A stretch of 64,000 bases of DNA from an uncultured Acidimicrobiia bacterium (GTDB lineage: Bacteria; Acidobacteriota; Terriglobia; Versatilivoradales; Versatilivoraceae): positions 274,571 to 338,570 of the forward strand of contig CAVVYL010000065.1 of the NCBI GenBank assembly GCA_963752385.1, in the 5' to 3' direction. Position 1 is the stretch's first letter. Each line of letters starts with the position of its first letter. This document shows positions 29,931 through 39,576 of the stretch, piece by piece. The position numbers and the translations under genes are program-made. The notes under the pieces are model-generated. The model did no database searches. It was not told where the DNA came from and saw nothing but the letters and a program-made list of their open reading frames with translations.

Positions 29931-30617
29931 GCAGGCTCCTTTCTGATGAGGAAGCTGCCTTGTCGGAATTTAGGCACAGGTTGCGAAGCGTGGCGCAGGC
30001 AGATCTTCCTAACCTGCCGATATCAGTGCAATCCAAGAGCCAGAGAGTTGATGAGACTCCTTCGCATGTAGCTTGTTCTGCAACAAGGACGGGCATCATC
30101 TTGATCACTTTCTTTTCAGGAAGCTTGGAACTGAGGTGGGTGGATTCACCAATCTCTGCGGAAATTCACCCAGCCAGACTACGGCACCGAAAACTGCTCC
30201 CGAGAATCCAGAAGGATTCAGTCCAGACAAGCAACGCGATCACGCATTAGGCAGATAGGAGGCAATGGAAATGGCACCATGGGCGACCGTCACTTTAGCG
30301 GGTGTCGGTTTGGCTGGCGGGGGACTCGACGGTGATTGTCGGCGCCGGGAGTCATACTGTTCGATCCGATTTTTCAAGGCCTGGCTATTCGCTCATGGCC
30401 GGCGAAGTGGCTTCGCTGCTGTTGTCGCGCATGACGGTGCCCATTCTGTATACCTGCGTGAAAAACGAATGCATCACCATCAGCTGGCAAGTCGAGACCC
30501 TAGATCGTGAGCGACCGGAGATCGCGTTAGGGTGGTTGGTCGGGGAGTCAGCCACGAGCATGGAGCCGACTCAACTTCGCCAACTTCGGCGTTCCGGTCT
30601 TATGAAGTTGCTCTAGT

Positions 30618-30860
30618 CTAGTCGGCCTCAACGTAGAGTGAACGGAAGCAGTGCTCACATTGAATTGTCTTGCCGCCCAAGGCTCGCTGGAGGTGGCCGG
30701 AAGGAATTCTCATATTGCATCCCGAACAATGGCCGGCCCGAATAGGCATGAGTTCCCCTCGATCGTACTGGGTGTGCTCACACGCCGTTCGCGTAAGCAA
30801 AACATTCGATGCGCCTGCCGCCCCGGCGAGCTTCAAAACTCTCTTGGTCATTCGTGCCAT
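30618..30860 (-). CDS. small C4 zinc-ribbon protein (COG1579-C-terminal-like)
   Basis: CSGCNMRIPSG...IQCEHCFRSLY has paired CxxC motifs. It is the last gene of the complex operon. Confidence 0.45.
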   Translation of the reverse strand: MARMTKRVLKLAGAAGASNVLLTRTACEHTQYDRGELMPIRAGHCSGCNMRIPSGHLQRALGGKTIQCEHCFRSLYVEAD

Positions 30861-30929
30861 CCTTTTGTTTCCTTCCTTTCATTCACTAGAAACAGCCGTG
30901 CTTGTCGCCCCTCGCGACCCCTGGCATCT

Positions 30930-31793
30930 TCAACCAGTCTCAGTTCTGAGCTTCTCCTGCAACCGGCCCATAGCTACCAGAATTCCGTACAGTAAGGCCT
31001 GCGGCGGTGGGGGGCAGCCTGGAATATACATATCGACCGGGATCACCTGGTCCACACCCCCCAGTGACGCATAGGTGCAACCAAAGATTCCTCCACTGCA
31101 GCCACAGGCGCCCACAGCCACCACCAAACGCGGCTCTGGTGTGGCGTTGTAGGCCTTCTTGAGTGGGATCTCCATGTTGCGAGTGACCGGACCAGTGACC
31201 AGCAGCATATCCGCATGGCGCGGGGAAGCCACAAATCGGATTCCCAGTCGTTCGGCGTCATAAATGGGGCTGTTGAGGCCCGTGATTTCAACTTCGCAAC
31301 CATTGCAAGAGCCTGCGTCCACTTCGCGAATCTGCAGCGAGCGGCCCAGTACACGGCGGATTCTCTCTCGCAACCGCTCTTTGACCAGCGCTTCCGCCTC
31401 AGAGGTCTGCCGGTCTGTCTGCGCCATCTGGAGGAACTGCTGCTTCCCGCCCGCATCCAGACGGTAGTAGGCCGAGGACACCAGGTGAGAGCGATGTTGG
31501 GCAGCCAGCTCGATTTCTCCCGTGGTGCGGATCGTGCCGTCGGCGGAGGCTTCGGCACAGAGGCCGCAGAAGATGCAACGCCCGTAATCGAGCGTCACCT
31601 TCCGGTTGTCCAGTTTGTCCTCGACGGTGAGTGCGCCTGTGGGACAAACGAGGGCGGCAGGCAGACAATCTGCGGCTTTCTCGAAATCGATCACCGGTCT
31701 ACCGCGCAGGTTGGGGAGAGGCTCCATGGGGCGGGCTGGGTAGTCGGTCGTGACAACGCCTGTCACAAAGGCTCGGTTTAGAATCTTGAACAT
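30930..31793 (-). CDS. fused HycF/HyfH-like 2x[4Fe-4S] ferredoxin + HycG/HyfI/NuoB-like small subunit
   Basis: N-terminal MFKILNRAFVTGVVTTDYPARP...GRCIFCGLCAEAS is HycF-like. The C-terminal GSCNGCEVEI...RFVASPRHADMLLVTGPVT...VAVGACGCSGGIF...YIPGCPPPP holds the NuoB/HycG proximal-cluster cysteines. Confidence 0.8.
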   Translation of the reverse strand: MFKILNRAFVTGVVTTDYPARPMEPLPNLRGRPVIDFEKAADCLPAALVCPTGALTVEDKLDNRKVTLDYGRCIFCGLCAEASADGTIRTTGEIELAAQHRSHLVSSAYYRLDAGGKQQFLQMAQTDRQTSEAEALVKERLRERIRRVLGRSLQIREVDAGSCNGCEVEITGLNSPIYDAERLGIRFVASPRHADMLLVTGPVTRNMEIPLKKAYNATPEPRLVVAVGACGCSGGIFGCTYASLGGVDQVIPVDMYIPGCPPPPQALLYGILVAMGRLQEKLRTETG

Positions 31794-31853
31794 AAGGTTG
31801 GCAGCTCCAGGCAAGAATTTTTCGAGCTAAGCGCTGGTGATCAATCTTCAGAA

Positions 31854-32663
31854 TCATGTGCTGTGTCTGAAGTGAAAGCACAAATGGAAACCCAGAGCGG
31901 GGTTTCTGCGCCCGCCCGGTCGAGGGCGGAAAGCCTCGGTGCTTGCAAGTCTTCGGGCCGTGGAAATTCTCCGAAGGGAAATTAAATCTCCCGGACTTGG
32001 GTTCTTGATCGATAGCTCGAGAAATCCGATGTCCTGGAATTCCTGCACGACCCGCTCGTAACCGCCAGGCAGGTCTCCTCCCATCCCGTGAAACGTCACC
32101 ACGCGCGTGCCCGAGGGAGCTTGCGCCAGCCGATCCTGCGTCATCTTAATGTAGCGGTCATATAGAGAAGGACTCAACTCCACGCGTTCGTCGAGCTTCT
32201 TGTCAGGGTCCAGGTTTTCGTAAAACGGATTGTAAAAGTAGAAGGCGTTGTATCGGCTCCAGTCCAGGTCTCCGGCATTGGCACACAAAAAGCGCACGCG
32301 GGAAATGGCGTACCTATGAGCAAAGCTCCGAGAGAGTTCCGCCAGATGTGGTCTCTGTTCCACACCTGTAAAATTTCCCTGGGTAGCCAGTGCGCCGACC
32401 AGGCAGAATTTGCCTGGGCCTGACCCCACAGCCAGCACCTGAGTTTCGGGCCCGCTGACCAACAACTGGGCGGCGCGGCGAGCCACGTGGACCGGAGTCC
32501 AATGCATGATGGAGAATCGGCGCCAGCACAGGGGGAGAATGCGGTCGAACTGCGCATTCCATACGTGAGCACCGGTCCGCACACGGTCAAAGAGTCGCTG
32601 TATTTCGCATGAGTGTTCTTTCTCGATATCTAACAGTGCCTGTCTGAGAGGAGAAGCAGTCAC
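31854..32663 (-). CDS. class I SAM-dependent methyltransferase-like protein embedded in complex operon
   Basis: Motif I-like QVLAVGSGPGKFCLVGA. It sits between the large-subunit and small-subunit genes, and its function is unknown. Confidence 0.45.
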   Translation of the reverse strand: MTASPLRQALLDIEKEHSCEIQRLFDRVRTGAHVWNAQFDRILPLCWRRFSIMHWTPVHVARRAAQLLVSGPETQVLAVGSGPGKFCLVGALATQGNFTGVEQRPHLAELSRSFAHRYAISRVRFLCANAGDLDWSRYNAFYFYNPFYENLDPDKKLDERVELSPSLYDRYIKMTQDRLAQAPSGTRVVTFHGMGGDLPGGYERVVQEFQDIGFLELSIKNPSPGDLISLRRISTARRLASTEAFRPRPGGRRNPALGFHLCFHFRHST

Positions 32664-32718
32664 TGAATTGCTCTCGCAGTCGCTTTGGGTTGATTGTCGA
32701 TGGCGCTGTGCCAGTGTT

Positions 32719-34379
32719 TCATCGGTCTGTTCCTGAGTAAGAGAGATTGAAGCTTTTGTTGATGACAGGAAAATCCGGAATGATGTTGCCCTGCACGGCT
32801 TCGGGCAGGGCCGGCCAATTGTTCAATGAAGGATCTTTGATCTTGCAGCGAGCCAAACTGCCGTTTTTCCCGGTGAGCACCCAGTGAAGGATTTCGCCGC
32901 GCCAGCCTTCCACGTAACCGAGAGCGCAGCTTTCCGGCGGGATGGGTGGTAGTGCAGTACTCACCGGGCCCGGGACAGCAGGGCCAATGCTTCCAGCGCG
33001 ATGCGGATTGAATCCAGGGCCTCCCCCATACGCACCCGCATCCGGTCAAAGACATCCCCTTTGGAATGGAGGACCACCTTCGGAGGAATTTCGTCGTACG
33101 CCGCGTAGGGAAAGTCCCGGCGAACGTCGAGGTCCACTCCGGACGCGCGGGCGGCAACCCCCACGACGCCCAGGTCCACAGCGGTTTTGTGCGGGAGAAT
33201 GCCGGTCGTCTCCAGCCGGTCGCGAGTAGAGGCGGACGAGAGAATCAGATCCACTAGCGATTCAAACTCCCTTTTGAGGAAGCGTAGCACGCCGGCGGCC
33301 CTCTGAATCTGCTGGGGATCCCAGTCGCGCCGCAAGCCGCCATACACATTCATGCTTCGCAAGAGGCGGTTGCCGGTCAATTCGGCGTTTAAGCACAACA
33401 GTTGTTCCTTCAGGCGCATGGCGTGTGCGTTAGCCACCATGAATCCCACATCCGTGGCAATGGCGCCCACGTCAGCAATGTGGTTGTACAGCCTTTCCAG
33501 TTCGAGCAGCACGGTTCGCATCAACCGGGCCCGACGCGGCACTTCGACGCGCGCCAGGCTCTCGATCGCCTGGCAGAAAGCGGTGGAGTGACTGAAGCTG
33601 GAATCTCCTGAAATGCTTTCGGCAAGGAAGACCGCGTGCGCGAGCGGCTTGTGCTCGAAGAGTTTCTCGGTGGCCTTGTGGGTGTAAAACAACCGGATTT
33701 GCAGATACAGCACCGGCTCGCCGGCAACACTAAAGCGAAAATGACCGGGCTCAATGATGCCGGCATGGATCGGGCCCACGGGCACCTGAAATACGCCTTC
33801 GCCCTCCACTGGGCGGAACAGGTGACGGGGACCTGGCAAGGGCAAGGGCCTGGAGAACAGGTCGAAGTCCTTGCGCAGTGGATGGACCCTGTCCGGGAAA
33901 TCGTCATGGAGCGCCACACGGCGCGGATTGGGGTGGCCCACGGCCGTCAGCCCAAACCAGTCCTGGATTTCCCGCTCCTGCCAGTTGACCGCAGGAATCA
34001 CAGGTGTCAGCGACGGGAATTCAGGATCGGTTGCGGGAACCGGCGTTCGAACGAGAATGAAGCCGCCAGCCCGGTCGCAAGCAAACGTGTACTGGAGATA
34101 GAAGACTTCCTCCTCTTTGCGCCGATCGATGCCAAACACCATGGCCAACCGTATCTTGCGAAGTTTGTAGAGGTGGGCCGCGATGGCAGCAATTGAGTCT
34201 CGCCCGGTTTCCAGATAGACCTCGTTGGGACGCCTACTATAAAGCCGCTGGATCTTGCCGCCAAACGCCATCTGCAGGTCGGCGACAATGGAACCTACCC
34301 CGTTTGCCTCACTCATAAAAACGCTCCCAAATGGAATTGCTTCTCCGCGCCGGATTTCCTGCAGTAATGCCGCGGTCAT
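32719..34379 (-). CDS. NuoC-NuoD/HycE-like fused large subunit lacking Ni-Fe cysteine ligands (frame change near 32960-32985)
   Basis: NuoC part: AMVFGIDRRKEEEVFYLQYTFA...NWQEREIQDWFGL. NuoD/HycE part: VPVGPIHAGIIEPGHFRF. The N-terminal RxCGxC is replaced by ESISGDSSFSHSTA. The C-terminal DPCxSCTDR is replaced by FNLSYSGTDR (in the 32719-32964 ORF, shifted frame). Its ATG overlaps the upstream stop (ATGA at 34376-34379). Confidence 0.8.
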
Positions 34380-35859
34380 CGCGCGCCTCCAACGATCTGG
34401 CCTGCCTGTTGGATCAAGCGCAATAAGGGTGAAGGCAGCCAGAAACCGAAGAGCAGCGTCAACGCAGCAATCAGAAGCATCGGCAGAAGCCGCCACCAGG
34501 ACTCGGCGGTCCGATTCATTCCAATCCGAGGGGCTCCCAGCGCCAGGTGCCCCACGTGGTAAAGAAATCCGGCAAAGATTGTGACCACGCATCCGACAAA
34601 AATGCTGGCTATCCAGAGGCTGCGGCCCTGGACCGAAGCGCTGAGCACCGTCAACTCGCTCTGGAACAGGCCGGCGGGCGGAGTGCCGGTCACCGCCAGG
34701 GTCCCGGCCAGAAACAATACTGCTGTCACTGGCATCAGATGGATCACGCGCCGCCTACTTTGCGGAACATGGCGGTTCCAAACTGCTGCTGGACATTGCC
34801 CGCGCAGAAGAAGAGCAACGGCTTGGTGATGGCGTGATAAAACATGTGCAGCAGCGCGCCAAACGGACCCAGGCTTCCGCCAACCCCGAAGCCAACCAGC
34901 ATGATCCCGGTATGATCAATACTGGAGTAAGCCAGGAGGCGGCGGAAGTTGGTCTGCACCAGGATGAACGGCGTCGCAATCAGCAAGGAACCCAGTCCAA
35001 ACCAAAGCAGCAGGCCGCTGGAAAACTCCGGACCGAGACACCTCGAGGCAAGGATGTGAAAACGCAGGATCCCGTAAAGCGCGCAGTTGAGCACCGCCGC
35101 AGCCAGAATCGCCGCCGAGGGAGCAGGCGCTTCGCTGTAGGAGTCTGGTTTCCAGGTATGCATCGGAGCAATACCGGCTTTGGTTCCATACCCCATGAGA
35201 ATGAAGAGGAAAGCCAGGCGCAAGGCCTTGGGATTGAGCGACGACGCGGCCGAGATAAGCCGAGTCCAGTTCAGCCCTTCGATTGATTCCGTCCCGACGA
35301 CATGGCTGGCGGCGTAATAGGTCAGCAACGTCCCAAACAGCGCCATCGAGATCCCCATGCTGCCGATGATGATGTACTTCCAGGCCGCTTCCAGCGAGGT
35401 CTTCTGGTTGTAGAAGGCAATCAAAAGCACCGAGGCCAGCGTGCTGCCTTCGATGGCCACCCACATAATTCCCAGGTTGTTGGCCAAGGCGACCAGAAAC
35501 AGGGCGAAGACGAAAAGCGGAGTCAGGATGTAGTACTCCTTGAGTCTCCCCAGGGTAATGCTTCCCTTTTCCAAATCCGTCCGGAAATAACCCACTGCGT
35601 AGATGGCACAGACGAAAGACACGAAAGCCGTGAGCACAACCACCAGAGCGCTGAGCGCGTCCGCATACAGAAATCCGTCAAACGCGCTGACTGATTGGAA
35701 CCGTGCCACGTTTTGGACGAGTATCACAGCCAGGGCGAGGTTAATGGCCGCCGAAATGAGGCTGACCCGTTCCATCCACCGGCGCGAACGCAACAACCCG
35801 CAAGCAGCAGCCTCCACCAGTGGCGCCAACAGGAGCAAAACAAGACTCATTCGGATCAA
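34376..35859 (-). CDS. NuoN/NuoM/HyfF-like antiporter-type membrane subunit (frame change near 34745)
   Basis: GIAPMHTWKPDSYSEAPAPSAAILAAAVLNCALYGILRF is the complex-I subunit 2/4/5 family motif. The C-terminal MPVTAVLFLAGTLAVTGTPPAGLF continues in the 34376-34747 ORF. Confidence 0.75.
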
Positions 35860-36521
35860 CCTCGCAATCGTCGTAGTTTACTGGTGTCCATCGACTCGAA
35901 GGTTTCGGCGATGCGATAGGACAGAATGCCCAGGATCATCACACCCACCAACAGATCGAAGAGGATTCCGACTTCCACAATCAGCGGCATTCCATAGGTC
36001 AACGCGATTGCAGCCAGGAAGAGCCCATTTTCGGCCGTCAGCAGCGCCACGACCTGTGAGATGGCCTTCCGCCGGTTCATCATCAGAAAGAACCCAATGA
36101 GGAACAGGGCAGTGGCCACCGCCAGCGAACCGTGACCGTGCTCTTGAGACTGACTGAACGGGTGGGCCACCAGGTAGCCCAGCAGCGTCAAACCGCCGCA
36201 GATCAAGATGGACGCCGGCGTGTTCAGGTAGCCTTCCACTTCCTCCTGCGTGTCAGTCTGGCGGATGATGCGCCGCAACAGCAGCGGCATCACGATGACC
36301 TTCAACAGCAGTGTCAGCCCGGCTGCAATGTAAACGTGATGGGCCTGGTTGACATAGGCCACAGCCGCGGCTAGACAGGCCAGGAAGAACGACTGCAGGC
36401 TGAACAGCGCAATGACCGTGGGTAAGAGCCTCTGGCCCACCAGCAGCATCTGCACCACCAGCATGGCAGCGGCCATCAATGTGATCAGCCGGTGTCCGAG
36501 TTCCACGGAGTCATAGGACAT
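35856..36521 (-). CDS. HyfE-like small membrane subunit
   Basis: MSYDSVELGHRLITLMAAAMLVVQMLLVGQR... About 221 aa and polytopic. It is positioned between the HycD-like and HyfF-like genes as in hyf operons, with ATGA overlaps at both ends. Confidence 0.6.
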   Translation of the reverse strand: MSYDSVELGHRLITLMAAAMLVVQMLLVGQRLLPTVIALFSLQSFFLACLAAAVAYVNQAHHVYIAAGLTLLLKVIVMPLLLRRIIRQTDTQEEVEGYLNTPASILICGGLTLLGYLVAHPFSQSQEHGHGSLAVATALFLIGFFLMMNRRKAISQVVALLTAENGLFLAAIALTYGMPLIVEVGILFDLLVGVMILGILSYRIAETFESMDTSKLRRLRG

Positions 36522-36535
36522 ACGGAACGCCTTTC

Positions 36536-37471
36536 TCAGAAGATAAAGGGAGACGCCAAGGCCAGCAGCGCCAAGATGAACGCGACGCTCAGCAGCTCGG
36601 GCACGCGAAACAGACGCAACTTGGCGTTGGAGGTCTCCACTAAAACCACAGCCAAGGCCAGCAGGAGCAGCTTGGCCAGGAATGCGATCAAGCCCGTGGC
36701 TAGAGACGCTGCCGTGAAGGCGCTGCCGACGCCAACCGGAAAGAAGATGTTGACCAGCAGGGTCATGAGCACCAGTTGCTTGAGGGCCACTGCCCACTCG
36801 ATCAGTGCCAGGTAATGCCCTGAATATTCCAGGATCATCGCCTCATGGATCATCGTCAGTTCCAAATGGGTAGCCGGATTGTCCACCGGAATGCGCCCGG
36901 TCTCGGCAATCAGCACGATGAACATGGCCGCGAATGCCAGGATGTGTCCGGGGTTCAGGAACTGTTCTTGATGCTGCAGCGTCGCCTGCACCACCTGGCT
37001 CAAGTTCGTCGACCCGGCCGTAATCGCCACGCTGAAGATGGATAGCATCATGGCCGGCTCGGCAATCGCCGCTACCGTCATTTCTCTGCTGCTGCCCATG
37101 CCACCGAAAGCGCTGGCCGTGTCCAATGCCGCCAGCGCCACAAAGAAACGGCCCAAAGCGAGCAGGTAGATCACTGCAATAACGCCGCCAAAAAGACTCA
37201 GCGGAACGGCAGTGGTAATCATGGGAATCATCAGGCTGACCATCAGGGCGGTCAAAAAGGAAATGTACGGCGTGACCCGGAAGATCCAGGAGGCGTGCCG
37301 GGATACCACCGTTCCTTTCCGCCACAGCTTGAACAGATCGTAGTACGGCTGCAGCAAGCCAGGGCCGCGGCGGTTTTGCAGCAGCGCCTTGCATTTGCGG
37401 ATGAGCCCGTTGACAAGAGGCGCCAGCGCCAGCGCCAGCACCATCTGCAGCAGGATTTGCAAAAGTGTCAT
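36536..37471 (-). CDS. HycD/HyfC/NuoH-like membrane subunit
   Basis: MTLLQILLQMVLALALAPLVNGLIRKCKALLQNRRGPGLLQPYYDLFKLWRKG is the NuoH/HycD signature RRGP..LQPY.D..K. Confidence 0.8.
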   Translation of the reverse strand: MTLLQILLQMVLALALAPLVNGLIRKCKALLQNRRGPGLLQPYYDLFKLWRKGTVVSRHASWIFRVTPYISFLTALMVSLMIPMITTAVPLSLFGGVIAVIYLLALGRFFVALAALDTASAFGGMGSSREMTVAAIAEPAMMLSIFSVAITAGSTNLSQVVQATLQHQEQFLNPGHILAFAAMFIVLIAETGRIPVDNPATHLELTMIHEAMILEYSGHYLALIEWAVALKQLVLMTLLVNIFFPVGVGSAFTAASLATGLIAFLAKLLLLALAVVLVETSNAKLRLFRVPELLSVAFILALLALASPFIF

Positions 37472-39522
37472 CGCGTTCTCTCCCACAGCAACAAGGTGAG
37501 AAGCGTCACAAATATGTAAAACAAGTAGGCCGAGAGGCTGCCGGCCTGCAGCAGACGAATCCGTCGGGAAAGCCGAAGAACCGCACGATTCACGGGCTGG
37601 TAAAGCCACTTTTCGAATGTCGGTTCAATCTGGCTCTGGAAACGAATGGATTGCGTGAAATAGCGCGAGACCGCGAAGTCGGCCTGAACTTGCCGGCGCG
37701 GCCGATAGATGGCTCGGAAGATCATTTGCAGCGGCTTGGAGTAAGCTGTCCCCGTGTACTCCATCTGGGGCGTCAGGCGGTCCAGCCCGCAGTCCCAAGT
37801 CTCATCAACAACCGCTTTCTCTTTTCTGGCCCAAAGCCACCACAACGCTGCTGGAAGCGGCAGCAAAACCAGGAAGAACGAGAGCATGCCCACTGTCGAA
37901 ATCGATCCCTCAGAGGCGCCGAGAGCGTTCACGACCCAACCGTTGCCCGCGATCAGCTGCGGGCTGATCGCAGTTCCCAGCAGTTGCTGTGTGATCGGAT
38001 CCATCAACCGAAGCACACCTGGGGAAACAGTCCCAGAAAAATGCACGCGAGCCCGAAGAGTCCCATGCCGAGCAGCATCGAAGGCGAAGCTTCATGCGCT
38101 CCTTCGGCCTGCGGACTGCGTGGAAGGGAGAGGAAGGTAATTCCCATGGCTTTGACGAAGCAAGCAGCAGCTAGAGCGCCAGTCAGAGCGAGCAATGCCC
38201 CGGCAATGGGAAAGTTCAGGCGGACGAGCCGTTCGGTGGCGCTGAAGCCTTGCAGTAATGCCTGGTAAGTGAGCCACTCGCTGACAAATCCGTTCAGCGG
38301 TGGGAAGCCGCAAAGCGCAATGGCACCCAGGAGAAAGAAAAAAGCCGTTTTCGGCATCCTGCGGATCAGTCCACCCAGCTTTTCGAGGTCCCTGGTGTGA
38401 GCCCCGTTCAATACAGCGCCGGCACCCAGAAACAGCAGCCCTTTGAAGCAAGCGTGATTGAGGGTGTGATAAAGCGCCGCCACAAGCGCCAAGGCAGCCA
38501 GAACCGGCTGTCGGAAAGCGCTGAGCATCAGCGAGGCGCCGATTCCCATCAGGATGATGCCGATGTTCTCCAGGCTGCTGAAAGCCAACAGGCGTTTCAG
38601 GTCTTTCTGAACGAGCGCGTAGAGGACACCCAGTAAAGCAGAGAGCTGAGCCCAGCACAAGCAAAGTGATGCCCCACCAGGCGGGCGGGGTCCCCAGAAA
38701 ATCCAAGAGAACGCGAAGCAGCCCGTAGATGCCGCTCTTGAGCAGCACACCCGACATGAGCGCCGAAACGTTGGAAGGGGCCACGGGGTGAGCTTCGGGC
38801 AGCCAGACGTGCAAGGGAATGATCCCAGCCTTGACGCCGAATCCCACCAGGAAAAGGAAGAACGCGGTATGTCGCTGGAGCGGCGAAAGCCGTGTCCCCA
38901 GGAGATGGAAGTCTTCAAACCGAAAACTTCCAGCTGACTCTGGTAGAGCAGCAGGAAGCCAAGGATCAGACAGCCGGTCCCAATGTGCGACATCACGAAG
39001 AAAAGGACGCCGGCTTGCCGAGTCTTGGGCTCCTCGTGCTCGAAGCTAACCAGGACGAAGGCGGCCAGGGCCATCACTTCCCAGACCACCAGAAGGAAAA
39101 CAGCGTGGCTGGCGCAAAACACCAGCGTGTTGGCCAGCAGCAGCAAGTTAAAGAAGGCGGCCAGGGCGCCCACATTCTTGACCCCGTAATAGTGGGCCGC
39201 ATAGCCGATGGAGTAGATGGAAATGGCCACAGCCGACAACGAAATGAGCAAGACGAAGAACGCGCCCAACGGGTCCAGCTTCACGGCAAACGGAAACAGC
39301 GGCGTTGTCTAAAGGCAAGAGATCGAATGCCGGCGAAGGTCCATCTTGCAAGCATAACCAGGAAGCCGCCATGCCTGCCAAGCCGCCAAGGCAGGAGCCT
39401 AAGAAACCGAGCGTATTCGCCAGCCTTTGCTGGCGCGTGAATGCCAGTGCGAGGGCCGCCCCAATGAAATAGGCAAGCAGGCAGGAACGGAATAGCAAAA
39501 GGACAACCTGTTCAGAAACCAT
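37468..39522 (-). pseudogene. HyfB/NuoL-like antiporter subunit, paralog 1, with at least four frame disruptions
   Basis: Homology to paralog 2 is spread over ORFs 39148-39522, 38004-39284 (frame A), 38092-38847 (frame B, FGVKAGIIPLHVWLPEAHPVAPSNVSALMSGVLLKSGIYG) and 37468-38046 (DETWDCGLDRLTPQMEYTGTAYSKPL...). Confidence 0.65.
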
Positions 39523-39576
39523 TCGGGAGCAACTCTCCTTCAGAGCAATGTGGCAGTCGAAACAGGCAGCCGACGG

